Assembly (NCBI GenBank): GCA_016839365.1
Contig: JAEOUH010000070.1
Span: 4,166 to 68,165 of the forward strand
Direction: 5' to 3'
DNA: 64,000 nucleotides
Source of the DNA: Candidatus Hermodarchaeota archaeon
GTDB lineage: Archaea; Asgardarchaeota; Hermodarchaeia; Hermodarchaeales; Hermodarchaeaceae
The translations under genes and the position numbers were made by a program. Numbering within the stretch: the stretch's first letter is position 1; each line of letters starts with the position of its first letter. The notes under the pieces were generated by a model. The model was given only the letters and a program-made list of their open reading frames with translations. It was not told the DNA's origin and ran no database searches. Of this stretch, positions 27,555-36,515 are shown piece after piece.

Positions 27555-28366
27555 CCGTTCGAGTTGAACTCCTCATCATCGGAAACGAACTTCTGTCTGG
27601 ACATACCCTTGACACGAATTCCCAATGGTTAGCCCAACGGTTACTCGAAATTAAACTCCCTGTCAATCAGATACTGATAATCGAAGACCAGGTTGAAGTC
27701 ATTGCCACAGCCATCAAAAGTAGTGTAAGATGTCAAACAAATCTCCTAATCACGAGTGGAGGACTAGGCCCAACCTTTGATGATCTCACTGCGAGTGGTC
27801 TAGCACTCGCAGCAGACACTCACCTTGAAATGAATCCCTTAGCTTTGAAGATGGTATCCCAACGTTACAAAGAACTTCAGGTCCAAGGGTTGGTGGAAAC
27901 GGCTGAACTCACTCCAAGTCGAAGAAAAATGGCAAAGCTCCCCCCGAAAGCTATCCCCATCCCCAACTGTGTGGGTTCAGCTCCAGGGATTCGAATGCAA
28001 CTAGAGAATACACTCATATTTTGTCTTCCAGGGGTGCCCCAGGAGCTCTATGCAATGTTTATTGGCGCTGTTATTCCTATGATTACATCGTTATCTGAAA
28101 AAGTCATCGAACAGGATACAGTTCAAGTTCCTATCCTCGATGAATCAGTGCTTGCCCCCCTAATTGATCAGGTCATGTCGGATAAACAGGGTGTATATCT
28201 CAAATCCTTACCACGCCCTTATCAATCCCGTCAACCTCTCTGGGTTGCCCTCACGGTCACAGCATCAACCAAAGAAGAAGTTTCATCCCTTCTTTCAACA
28301 ACTCGGAGGCAGCTGGAAGAACTCACCCATGCTCATCGTCAATGTGAGCTACCGCTAGATAAATGA
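27551..28366 (+). CDS. CinA-type molybdopterin-binding (MoCF_biosynth) domain protein
   Basis: VELLIIGNELLSGHTLDTNSQWLA, ITSGGLGPTFDDLT and LPGVPQE motifs. The start overlaps the M20 stop (ATGA). Confidence 0.75.
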   Translation: MTVRVELLIIGNELLSGHTLDTNSQWLAQRLLEIKLPVNQILIIEDQVEVIATAIKSSVRCQTNLLITSGGLGPTFDDLTASGLALAADTHLEMNPLALKMVSQRYKELQVQGLVETAELTPSRRKMAKLPPKAIPIPNCVGSAPGIRMQLENTLIFCLPGVPQELYAMFIGAVIPMITSLSEKVIEQDTVQVPILDESVLAPLIDQVMSDKQGVYLKSLPRPYQSRQPLWVALTVTASTKEEVSSLLSTTRRQLEELTHAHRQCELPLDK

Positions 28367-28407
28367 AACTTGTATGGCCAATATTGCTAAAGGGGACGCT
28401 GGTGAGT

Positions 28408-28674
28408 TTACTCGTCTCCCAGTTCTATTCCAAGCACTTCATCTAGTTTGTGATGTGTTTTCTTTTCCAACTGTTCTAGACTCTCTTCAAGAAATTCCTT
28501 GATAGTACGAGTGCTGTTCGTGTGTTCAGCTTTCCATGCGAGGAAAGAAGCCACAAGTTCAAGAGCATCAATCACTCCTCGCAGATACCGAGGGTCAAGA
28601 TTGTTCGATTGAATAGACATCTCTACTTCACCAAGAAATAGCAGTACTAAGGTAGAGGTCTCTGAATCCTTCAA
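28408..28674 (-). CDS. small helical protein, hypothetical
   Basis: 88-aa ORF (possibly starting at the internal MSIQSNN). No motif recognised. Confidence 0.3.
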   Translation of the reverse strand: MKDSETSTLVLLFLGEVEMSIQSNNLDPRYLRGVIDALELVASFLAWKAEHTNSTRTIKEFLEESLEQLEKKTHHKLDEVLGIELGDE

Positions 28675-28838
28675 TTTAAAGCTTCTCCCACCAATTCCTC
28701 AACTTGGAGAATCCAAAAAAGCTTCAGAACACATCTTTCGAATTCCTTGATGCGGCAAAATCCGGTGCAAGAGCCATCGGACTACTTAAAAGCGTCGGTA
28801 TGAAAATCCCTACTTGAGGAGCCTACTCCGCCTGGAGC

Positions 28839-29342
28839 ATGTTCGAAAGGGGAATTCAAGCCATGCTCGATGAAAAAGATCAGAAGATCCTACGTGAACT
28901 TGAGCGTGACTGTCGTCAACGCACAAATACTATCGCCAAAGCCACAGACATTCCAGTCACCACTGTCCATAACCGCATCAAGAAACTATCAAGCTCAGGT
29001 CACATCCACTCCTTTCGAGCTATCCTCGATCCAATCAAGTTGGAAAAGCCCTTGGTCTCTTTTGTGTTCGTCTCTCTCAACCGTAATGCCATAGAAGCGA
29101 CTGAGTCGAAAACTGACCGTGAGCTTATCTCTAAAATTGCCTCACACTCAGCCGTCCAAGAGGTACATACAGTCACCGGAGATTGGGATTTGTTACTTAA
29201 AATCCGGGCTAAAGATATTGGTGAACTTGAAGGGATTATCACCTCTGAGCTACGTGAACCCAAACTCATTGACCGGGCTCAAACAATCTGTGCCATGGCC
29301 ACCTACAAAGAAACCACGAACCTCTTATACAATGGCTGCTAA
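28839..29342 (+). CDS. Lrp/AsnC family transcriptional regulator
   Basis: LDEKDQKILRELERDCRQRTNTIAKATDIPVTTVHNRIKKL HTH, followed by an RAM/ACT-like domain (VSFVFVSL...VHTVTGDWDLLLKI). Confidence 0.85.
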   Translation: MFERGIQAMLDEKDQKILRELERDCRQRTNTIAKATDIPVTTVHNRIKKLSSSGHIHSFRAILDPIKLEKPLVSFVFVSLNRNAIEATESKTDRELISKIASHSAVQEVHTVTGDWDLLLKIRAKDIGELEGIITSELREPKLIDRAQTICAMATYKETTNLLYNGC

Positions 29343-29348
29343 ACTCAG

Positions 29349-29963
29349 TTGATGATACGGCCCCTTTTTCTCGCTTCTAATTCTCCTCGTCGAGTCCAGT
29401 TACTTGCTCAACTTGGATTCGAATTTACGGTTTGCACCCCACAAAACCAGGAAACGCATCTCAAACAAGGTTCAGATGACGAAATCGTCAGAGTAGCAAG
29501 TGAAAACGCCTTACAAAAAGCACTCAGTGTTCTGCCGATTATTGAAGAGGGTATCATCCTGGGAGGTGATACACTTGTTGTCACAGATGACAACATGATT
29601 CTTGGAAAACCCAAAACCCCCGAAGAGGCCTTCAAGATGCTTCAAAAGCTTGTTGGCAGAACCCATCGGGTCATCTCCGCTGTCGCCGTGGTGGACGTAA
29701 CCACGAGAAAAATACGGCAGGGACATGCGTGGACCAAAGTGACATTCAGAGATGTATCTGAACAAGCTCTCAGCGAATATGTGTTGACAAGGGAACCACT
29801 TGGCAAGGCAGGTGGATATGCAATCCAAGGTAAAGGTGCGTTTCTCGTTAACGAAATTGAAGGAAGTTACACATCTGTTATCGGATTACCCACGGAGCTA
29901 GTCGTTTCACTTCTCAATGAATTTGGAATTACACCTCTCCTAAGATCAGGCTCCAGGATCTAA
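29349..29963 (+). CDS. maf: Maf-like nucleoside-triphosphate pyrophosphatase
   Basis: LASNSPRRVQLL, GGDTLV, GKP....A...L..L.GR.H and GGYAIQG motifs. Confidence 0.85.
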   Translation: MMIRPLFLASNSPRRVQLLAQLGFEFTVCTPQNQETHLKQGSDDEIVRVASENALQKALSVLPIIEEGIILGGDTLVVTDDNMILGKPKTPEEAFKMLQKLVGRTHRVISAVAVVDVTTRKIRQGHAWTKVTFRDVSEQALSEYVLTREPLGKAGGYAIQGKGAFLVNEIEGSYTSVIGLPTELVVSLLNEFGITPLLRSGSRI

Positions 29964-30557
29964 TACAAAACTAGAAGCAATGAGATGTGCAACCCGAATA
30001 GGCTCAGGGATGCGGCTTCGGGTTGCTGTTTTCTGGACTAACTCTACGATCTGCTGAAAAGGCATCCCATGCCACTGTATATAAACAGGAGCACGCCCAG
30101 GACGAGATTCCACAACCCTAACTGGTCCTGCGTTCGTAAGTCGAGAATATTTCTGTTCCCACTCATCTGGATTGATTTTCTGAAGCGCTTTTTTGACCTG
30201 ACGCATATCTGGTTTTGAATCCGACACCGAAATGACAGGTAATTTAGTATCCTCAACCAGCACTTGAAGATCCAACACATTGGTTCCACCGAAGATTGTA
30301 TCACGGGTCATTATTACTCGCAACTGACCATAATGTGGCGAGGTGTTTACCATTTGGGTGAGTCGCCGTGTTACATCATCACCATCCACGCGGATGGGCA
30401 TCTGAAGACAGCCCTCCATCCATTGTCCTCCCCGAAAGACTACACCTACCAATCGTGTCCACTCATGACGCCCTCTTTCAAACCGAGCATCATCCACACC
30501 AAGAATACGAATCTCAGGTTTAATTTGTTGTATCTCCACTTCATACACCCCTGGCAT
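29946..30557 (-). CDS. DUF99/UPF0215 family protein (EndoV-like fold, archaeal)
   Basis: ILGVDDARFERG...LVGVVFRGG.WMEG...VDGDD pattern typical of DUF99. Confidence 0.65.
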   Translation of the reverse strand: MPGVYEVEIQQIKPEIRILGVDDARFERGRHEWTRLVGVVFRGGQWMEGCLQMPIRVDGDDVTRRLTQMVNTSPHYGQLRVIMTRDTIFGGTNVLDLQVLVEDTKLPVISVSDSKPDMRQVKKALQKINPDEWEQKYSRLTNAGPVRVVESRPGRAPVYIQWHGMPFQQIVELVQKTATRSRIPEPIRVAHLIASSFVLDPGA

Positions 30558-30700
30558 ATTTATAATGTGTAAACTCCTATAATGGTGTCTAGAGTTTATT
30601 GAACTGCGTAACTAGTCAAATTGACTGCTTGTACATCAAAGCGTTTCACGTCAAAAAAGCGAACACCTAAATAGCCCCTAATTCCTCAGGGCGGCAGAGC

Positions 30701-31285
30701 GTGCGAGCTACGATGTCCCCGGGTAAATACTCTGATATTTTTGAGGACACCGAGCAAATACCAGTCCAAAGAACCCGGCAATTATCGAACCGACTCGCCA
30801 GCTTACCGAAAACTGACCTTGTTTTACTTCGCCGAATCTATGATGTGCCGAATGACGTTGAAGCCAAGAAAGTCATCTCTGCAGCTCTTCTCGATGAATA
30901 CTCCATTCAAGAACTCCGCCTAGCTCTGGCTGTTCTGGATGGCGTCCATGAACTCCCGTTAGCTGAAAAGCCCCTAGGTTTCGAACACGCCAAACCCTGG
31001 AAACCCATAGAAGACACAACACCTCTCCCTCCGAAACGATTTTTCGCCCCCTCAGATGAATCTCCATCACTTCCATCAGCAAAAACTGCCCAAGAAATCA
31101 GCGATATCCTCACAAGTATCCCTATGGACGATTTTCAATGGCTCCTCAAACACTATAACGACATCCACGACCTTCGCTCACGCCTTATCATTGTCAAAAA
31201 CCGTCTCTACCAATACAACTGGGAAGATGTTGCTGCCACCCTTGCAGCTCTCAAACGCACTCTTCCCCAAGAAGAAACTGACTAA
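30701..31285 (+). CDS. orphan helical-repeat protein, paralog 1 of a tandem pair
   Basis: 194 aa. Two copies of a roughly 55-aa module: (L/I)S..L.S(L/I)P..D...LL(R/K).Y ... then EYSIQELRLALAVL or QYNWEDVAATLAAL. Confidence 0.55.
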   Translation: MRATMSPGKYSDIFEDTEQIPVQRTRQLSNRLASLPKTDLVLLRRIYDVPNDVEAKKVISAALLDEYSIQELRLALAVLDGVHELPLAEKPLGFEHAKPWKPIEDTTPLPPKRFFAPSDESPSLPSAKTAQEISDILTSIPMDDFQWLLKHYNDIHDLRSRLIIVKNRLYQYNWEDVAATLAALKRTLPQEETD

Positions 31286-31379
31286 TCTAGCACAAAATAG
31301 TACCTCCAAAATTCGTACGAAATGGGAACAGCTAAATTTCACCAATTCCTTTACTCCAATTCGAGGAGGGAATATCCCT

Positions 31380-31994
31380 TTGCTTGACAGGAATCGTCCT
31401 CCATATGTAATTGCGAAACGAGTCAAGGTACACCGGGCTAGGTCACTTTCAGATCAACTCTCAAACCTCTCATCAGATGAGCTACGGCTCCTACGCAAAT
31501 ACAGTAGGGACCCCAAGGAACCCGGCATACAACAGATCCTGGCTAAACCCGTTATGGCTGAATATACGATACAAGAGCTCCGGGTAGCCCTAGCCATGCT
31601 AAGCGGCGCTGCCAGTGCTCCTGCCCCTGAACCGCTATCGGTTCCTGGAACCGTCCAAATGGGTCACCCTTCCCATGGACACATCGGTTTGAGAACAAAC
31701 CTCAGTCTAATCAGCAACCAGAACCTCCCCCTATCTTCAAGATATTCCCCAGAAATCGCCAAAAAACTCCAGGCCATGTCCGACGACGAACTCCTTCACC
31801 TTGCTCAACACATTGGCAACCTTAGCGATCCTAGAAGTCGTTTCTTAATCATCCGCTACCACCTCTACCAGTACCACCCCGAAGACATCGCCTCCACGCT
31901 GGCCTCCTTATTACGCTTACGGCGCAAGCAAATTCGCCCTGAACGGAAACGCCGCCCAGATCTCCAATCCGTTTCTACTCCCCGATTTCATTAA
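31380..31994 (+). CDS. orphan helical-repeat protein, paralog 2 of a tandem pair
   Basis: Same two modules (LSSDELRLLRKYS...EYTIQELRVALAMLSG; MSDDELLHLAQHI..RSRFLIIRYHLYQYHPEDIASTLASL). Start inferred at TTG 31380, 9 nt after GGAGG. The ORF-track start at 31056 overlaps paralog 1. Confidence 0.5.
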   Translation: MLDRNRPPYVIAKRVKVHRARSLSDQLSNLSSDELRLLRKYSRDPKEPGIQQILAKPVMAEYTIQELRVALAMLSGAASAPAPEPLSVPGTVQMGHPSHGHIGLRTNLSLISNQNLPLSSRYSPEIAKKLQAMSDDELLHLAQHIGNLSDPRSRFLIIRYHLYQYHPEDIASTLASLLRLRRKQIRPERKRRPDLQSVSTPRFH

Positions 31995-32148
31995 CCTGGC
32001 GATTGGTTCTTGGAAGCACTTTTAACCCACCATTTATTGAGTGCCACATACGACACCCTCGAGGTGACACACTATAGAACCCAAAGCCTGTGATGAACCA
32101 AATCCCTATGAAGTTGCCAAACGCCAACTCGAAATCGTAGCTAAACAC

Positions 32149-33336
32149 ATGAACCTCAACCCCGATATCCTTGAACTCCTCAAAAATCCCAAACGCGCCC
32201 TCGTTGTCAGTCTGCCAGTCAGAATGGATAACGGAAGAATCAAAGTCTTCACTGGTATGCGTGTCCAACACTGGGATGCGTTTGGTCCCTTCAAAGGCGG
32301 CATACGCTATCATCCACAAGTCTGTTTAGATGAGGTCAAAGCGTTAGCGATTTGGATGTCAATTAAAACTGCAGTTGTAGGCATCCCTTATGGTGGAGCC
32401 AAAGGCGGTATCATCTGTAATCCCAAGGAAATGAGTGTAAATGAGTTAGAACATCTCACTCGGCGGTTCACCCATGAAATCATGGACATCATCGGTCCAT
32501 ATCGTGATGTTCCTGCCCCTGACGTGTATACGAGTGAACGTGAAATGGCCTGGATTTATGATACATACTCCGAAGCCCAGGGTTATGCCGTACCTGAAGT
32601 TGTAACTGGTAAACCAATCTCCGTTGGTGGGAGTTTGGGTCGTCGTGAAGCCACCAGCCGTGGAACCGTGATCACCATTCGTGAGGCGGCCAAACGATTG
32701 AAACTCAACCTGAAAGGTGCGTCTGTAGCTGTACAAGGATTTGGAAATGTGGGTTATTATGCTGCTGTGCTGATTGCAGAATATGGTTCAAAAATCGTGG
32801 CGGTCAGCGATTCACAGGGAGGCATTTATAATCCCGATGGCGTCAATCCAAAAAAAGTCATGGAGCATAAGAACAAAACGGGCTCTGTCGTGGGATATCC
32901 AGGGACAAAGCAAATCTCCAATGCCGAGTTGTTGGAACTTGACGTGGACATCCTCATACCTGCAGCGCTAGAAAATCAACTCCTTGCCGAGAATGCGCCT
33001 CGAATTAAAGCGAAAATTGTTGGTGAAGGTGCCAACGGTCCCACCACACCTGAAGCAGATGAAATTCTCTACAAGAATGGTGTCTTTGTTGTACCTGATA
33101 TTCTTGCTAATGCCGGTGGTGTTACAGTCAGCTATATGGAATGGGTCCAGAATCTAACCCGTGAATCCTGGAGCGAAGACGAAGTGAACACTAAACTCGA
33201 ACAACGCATGGTCCAAGCCTTCAATGAAGTCTATCAAGTATATCAGCAAGAAAAGGTTCACATGCGTACAGCCGCATATATCGTCGCATTTCGCCGTATT
33301 GCTGAAGCTGTAGAGGCCCGGGGCATTTTTCCGTAA
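32149..33336 (+). CDS. gdhA: glutamate dehydrogenase (NAD(P)+)
   Basis: KGGIRYHP, PYGGAKGGI, GPYRDVPAPDV, QGFGNVGYY and NAGGVTVSY(M)EWVQN. The first in-frame ATG is 32149, but conserved N-terminal sequence continues upstream without a start codon (see findings). Confidence 0.95.
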   Translation: MNLNPDILELLKNPKRALVVSLPVRMDNGRIKVFTGMRVQHWDAFGPFKGGIRYHPQVCLDEVKALAIWMSIKTAVVGIPYGGAKGGIICNPKEMSVNELEHLTRRFTHEIMDIIGPYRDVPAPDVYTSEREMAWIYDTYSEAQGYAVPEVVTGKPISVGGSLGRREATSRGTVITIREAAKRLKLNLKGASVAVQGFGNVGYYAAVLIAEYGSKIVAVSDSQGGIYNPDGVNPKKVMEHKNKTGSVVGYPGTKQISNAELLELDVDILIPAALENQLLAENAPRIKAKIVGEGANGPTTPEADEILYKNGVFVVPDILANAGGVTVSYMEWVQNLTRESWSEDEVNTKLEQRMVQAFNEVYQVYQQEKVHMRTAAYIVAFRRIAEAVEARGIFP

Positions 33337-33459
33337 TCGCTAAATTGTTATCCTTGCCTCCATAACATAGAAAAGAATCATAGCTATTTGCCTCAACAAA
33401 AGGTCTAATTTGATAAACCTGAATTCCTAAGAGTAGATGAAAGGCTGGTGGACTTCTAG

Positions 33460-34197
33460 GTGCAATACATTGTATTTCAAGCCATTTTTTGGATGATTAT
33501 GGTTCTCATCTTCATTGGCGTCTGTGTTGGCATTGCCCGTGATTGTAATCGGATTAGTCGTGATCGACGTCAGAGCCGGAGCGAATACCGCAGGGTCCGT
33601 GCACGTAGCCCACCTGGTAAAATTCGAGAGTGGCGGCTAAGAGACACCCGAGCTGAAGACATTCCCGAAGATAGCACTCATCGACGAGCCTATACCCAAT
33701 CAAGATTATCTCCTACCCACCCTCAGTATGGTGAAATCCAATTAGCGATGTGCCCCGAATGTGAAGCCACCATCCTAGCTGAAACTACGGTCTGTCCCCA
33801 CTGTGGCACTCCCCAACCTGTTTGTATTGTTTGCCAAAACTCCATTGTTCCCCTCGACTCCACCCTCAGTTGTCCCCAGTGTCGAGGGCAGGCCCATCGC
33901 ATCCACTTTCTAGAATACTTGAAGGTCAAAGGTAAATGTCCACAATGTAAAACCGACCTCGACCCCCACGAACTCATCGATGAGTCTTCTGAAACTCCCT
34001 TTCCGCCATCCACGAGTGGCCTACAACACCTCTGCATGGTTTGTAATAGAGCTATTGGGTCAACTGATGTCACCTTGCAATGTCCGCACTGTGAAGGCAA
34101 AGCCCATCGGGTACATCTCCTCGAGTACCTTAAAGTAAAAGGCAAATGCCCCCACTGCAACATCGACCTAGATCCACCAGATCTCCTCGAGGCCTAG
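33460..34197 (+). CDS. N-terminally membrane-anchored protein with one zinc ribbon and two RING/PHD-like cross-brace zinc fingers
   Basis: TM (FWMIMVLIFIGVCVGI), basic linker, CPEC..CPHC ribbon, then two copies of C-x2-C-x12-C-x2-C-x4-H-x2-H-x10-C-x2-C. Confidence 0.6.
   Translation: MQYIVFQAIFWMIMVLIFIGVCVGIARDCNRISRDRRQSRSEYRRVRARSPPGKIREWRLRDTRAEDIPEDSTHRRAYTQSRLSPTHPQYGEIQLAMCPECEATILAETTVCPHCGTPQPVCIVCQNSIVPLDSTLSCPQCRGQAHRIHFLEYLKVKGKCPQCKTDLDPHELIDESSETPFPPSTSGLQHLCMVCNRAIGSTDVTLQCPHCEGKAHRVHLLEYLKVKGKCPHCNIDLDPPDLLEA
33823..34179 (+). repeat. intragenic tandem duplication encoding the two cross-brace zinc fingers (33823..33969 and 34033..34179)
   Basis: CIVCQNS...HRIHFLEYLKVKGKCPQCKTDLDPH versus CMVCNRA...HRVHLLEYLKVKGKCPHCNIDLDPP. 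Identical ligand spacing. Confidence 0.8.
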
Positions 34198-34214
34198 TTT
34201 TCACTCGATTAATG

Positions 34215-34261
34215 AAAAAATGGAAAAAAGAGAGGAGAGGCTGAGAACAAAGCTCTCAGCC
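34215..34261 (-). terminator. hairpin plus double oligo-T terminator of the gltB-like gene
   Basis: GGCTGAGA (34239-34246) pairs with TCTCAGCC (34254-34261) and includes the stop codon. On the minus strand it is followed by CTCTTTTTTCCATTTTTTC. Confidence 0.5.
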
Positions 34262-35842
34262 AAGCATCTGTTCGAAGACGTCAGCTTCAACCTGATGTGG
34301 CATCCGAATCCCTGTGACTTCAGTCGCAAGTGGCGTTAACGCCATCAAATCGTTGCGATCCACAAGGTGCAGCTTGAATTTCCGCATTCCAGCAATCAAC
34401 TGTTGGATACCAACACGGATCCGCTCATAGTAGGTGTAGACGCCAATCGCTGGCTTGGGAATGTCTTTGTAGTGGTTGCCATACTCGTGCTTCAAGTCAG
34501 CAGAGGCGACAAAGAACTTCTCCGGGTCATCACCGTAGTCATCCACGAAGCTCTTGGGTAACTGACCATTCTTCGCGAGTTCCACAAAGTAATCAGACTT
34601 CATAGCTGCGGTGAGTGGTGAACGTGCCACAGCCACTGCCTTGAAGAATGGGCCATTACCAAAGTTGCTCATAGCAATCGCTTTTACAATTTGGGCCTCA
34701 TGGATAAAGCCCCCAGCAATTGAAATGTCAGGGACATGCTTGCCTTTCTTCTTCAGAATCTGACAACCCTTCAGTACCTGAGCCGCCAGATACACGGTCG
34801 GCGTGCTTAGCTCATTCATGTGCGCCATGGGGCTCATTCCTGTCCCGCCCCCTGCACCGTCAAGGGTGAGCATGTCAACCTTACCTTCACTGGCGACTTT
34901 CAAGGCAAACGCCGTCGCTGCGGGTCGATACGCTCCAGTCTTCAAGAAGACTTTCTTGGCACCCTGCTCGCGAAGCCATTCTAGGTCTTCAATGCAGCTT
35001 AGATCCGGCATACCAACACGGCTGTGACGCTCAAAAGTCTTGATTGTCCCAGCCTTGAACGCTTCTTGAACGACAGGGTCTTCAGGGTCAGGGAGGACTA
35101 TATACCCACGACTCTTGAGTTTTATAGCACGCTCAAGGGTTGGTAGACGCACCTCGCCGCCAATCGATTTGGCACCCTGTCCCCACTTTCGTTCAATCAC
35201 ATTCACTTCTAGCTTGGAAATTGCATACAGGTCAACTCCAAGCCGTTGGTCTTCAACATTCGTTTGAACCACGATGTCACCGTGTTTCTCATCCCAGAAT
35301 TTCCGATACGAATCAATACGGAACTGGAGATCCGGTGAATGGCTGACCTTCCCCTTTGTGATTACACTATCATTATCCATCCCACAGACATTCTCTCCAA
35401 CTGTTTGGATCGTTCCTGCCATAGCAGAACCCATAGAGATGCCTTCCCAGTGGTTCTTCGCCACGGCGGTAGACCCGAGCCCGGCAATGAGCATCGGGAG
35501 CTTGAGGGGAATGCCACCAACGGAGGTGGAGGCATCAGCGTTGGGGAATAATGCCTTGTCGGAATTGGCTTCGATCCCTTCGGCACCCTGGAGAGCAGCA
35601 AGCAGCTGGAAGTGTGACCAGTCAAGCCCAAAATCCTTGTTGGCGGAGGCGGTGCTTTGACCAAAGTATTCATTAGTTGGATAAAGCACCTCGTGGCCAC
35701 GGAAAGCGGATTTGCTGATCATGCAGAGGACTTTGCAGTCTCTGATGCAGATGCCACACATGCCGCTGACAGGGTTAGGATCTCGTGTACGGAGGGCGGT
35801 GCCATCGGTGGATCGTGCGTTACATAGACTATCATCCATCAC
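34256..35842 (-). CDS. FMN-binding glutamate synthase family protein (GltB domain-2-like, archaeal type)
   Basis: LDGAGGGTGMSP FMN/TIM-barrel signature, N-terminal Cys cluster CGICIRDCKVLC, ISIAGGF..A.I.KA.A. Confidence 0.85.
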   Translation of the reverse strand: MMDDSLCNARSTDGTALRTRDPNPVSGMCGICIRDCKVLCMISKSAFRGHEVLYPTNEYFGQSTASANKDFGLDWSHFQLLAALQGAEGIEANSDKALFPNADASTSVGGIPLKLPMLIAGLGSTAVAKNHWEGISMGSAMAGTIQTVGENVCGMDNDSVITKGKVSHSPDLQFRIDSYRKFWDEKHGDIVVQTNVEDQRLGVDLYAISKLEVNVIERKWGQGAKSIGGEVRLPTLERAIKLKSRGYIVLPDPEDPVVQEAFKAGTIKTFERHSRVGMPDLSCIEDLEWLREQGAKKVFLKTGAYRPAATAFALKVASEGKVDMLTLDGAGGGTGMSPMAHMNELSTPTVYLAAQVLKGCQILKKKGKHVPDISIAGGFIHEAQIVKAIAMSNFGNGPFFKAVAVARSPLTAAMKSDYFVELAKNGQLPKSFVDDYGDDPEKFFVASADLKHEYGNHYKDIPKPAIGVYTYYERIRVGIQQLIAGMRKFKLHLVDRNDLMALTPLATEVTGIRMPHQVEADVFEQMLG

Positions 35843-36167
35843 GATAAACCTCTTGTTTAATTCTGTCGTGGGGTCTTTACAATCGTAAAGGAGGTTGCCG
35901 TTTAGGTGGTCGAGTTAAAAAGACTTTGGTTGTTTGGCTCTGCTTCTCACTGCTTTCAGCTTAGTTCGGATCCCCACTTTGGTCACGGATACCACTTGCC
36001 TGGATTTTTAGAATTATTATTATGATTCCTAGGCTAATCGTGGTTGCAGCTGGGTTACTCATTAGGGAATCTGGTAAATCTACCAAATGGAGCTAACAGT
36101 TTTGATTCCTTGGTAGATAGAAAGCCTTAAGCTGACTTTGCTGTAAATAGGGTGTGAGGTTTTGTCA

Positions 36168-36380
36168 ATGGGTGTTATCAAAGTCATTGAACTAGTTGGT
36201 AACTCGACGAAAAGTTGGGAAGACGCTGCGAATAATGCTGTAAGCACTGCTGCCAAGACTCTTCGTGGTCTTACGGGCGCTGATATCACTGGAATGACTG
36301 CTGTCATTAAGAATGGGAAAATCGTCGAATACCGTGCAACCGTTAAAGTCGCCTTCATGATTGAAGACGTGAAAGGATAG
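36168..36380 (+). CDS. dodecin family flavin-binding protein
   Basis: MGVIKVIELVGNSTKSWEDAANNAV..A.KTLRG......V.....G.I.EYRA.VKVAF is the dodecin pattern. GTGAGGT SD 8 nt upstream of the ATG. Confidence 0.85.
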   Translation: MGVIKVIELVGNSTKSWEDAANNAVSTAAKTLRGLTGADITGMTAVIKNGKIVEYRATVKVAFMIEDVKG

Positions 36381-36384
36381 TCTG

Positions 36385-36428
36385 TCGGGTTGGGGGATGG
36401 GCTACCGTCCCTTCGACCTTTCTTTTTT
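36385..36428 (+). terminator. hairpin plus oligo-T terminator after dodecin
   Basis: GTCGGGTTGGGGGA...TCCCTTCGAC stem followed by CTTTCTTTTTT. Confidence 0.5.
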
Positions 36429-36515
36429 GGATCTAAGTCAAGTATGTGGGGTTTCACTCTATAACTTGAAAGGAAAACATAGATTTTAAAAGAGTATGAT
36501 AAGGCAGAACACTAA

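Noticed and set aside
31056-31379. N-terminal 108 codons of the ORF-track entry 31056..31994
   Set aside because: This part overlaps the end of the upstream paralog in another frame, is Ser/Thr/Asn-rich and lacks the family motifs. A TTG preceded by GGAGG at 31380 gives a protein collinear with paralog 1.
36080-36457. 125-aa minus-strand ORF
   Set aside because: It lies fully antisense to the well-supported dodecin gene (36168..36380) and extends through the dodecin terminator. No motif recognised.
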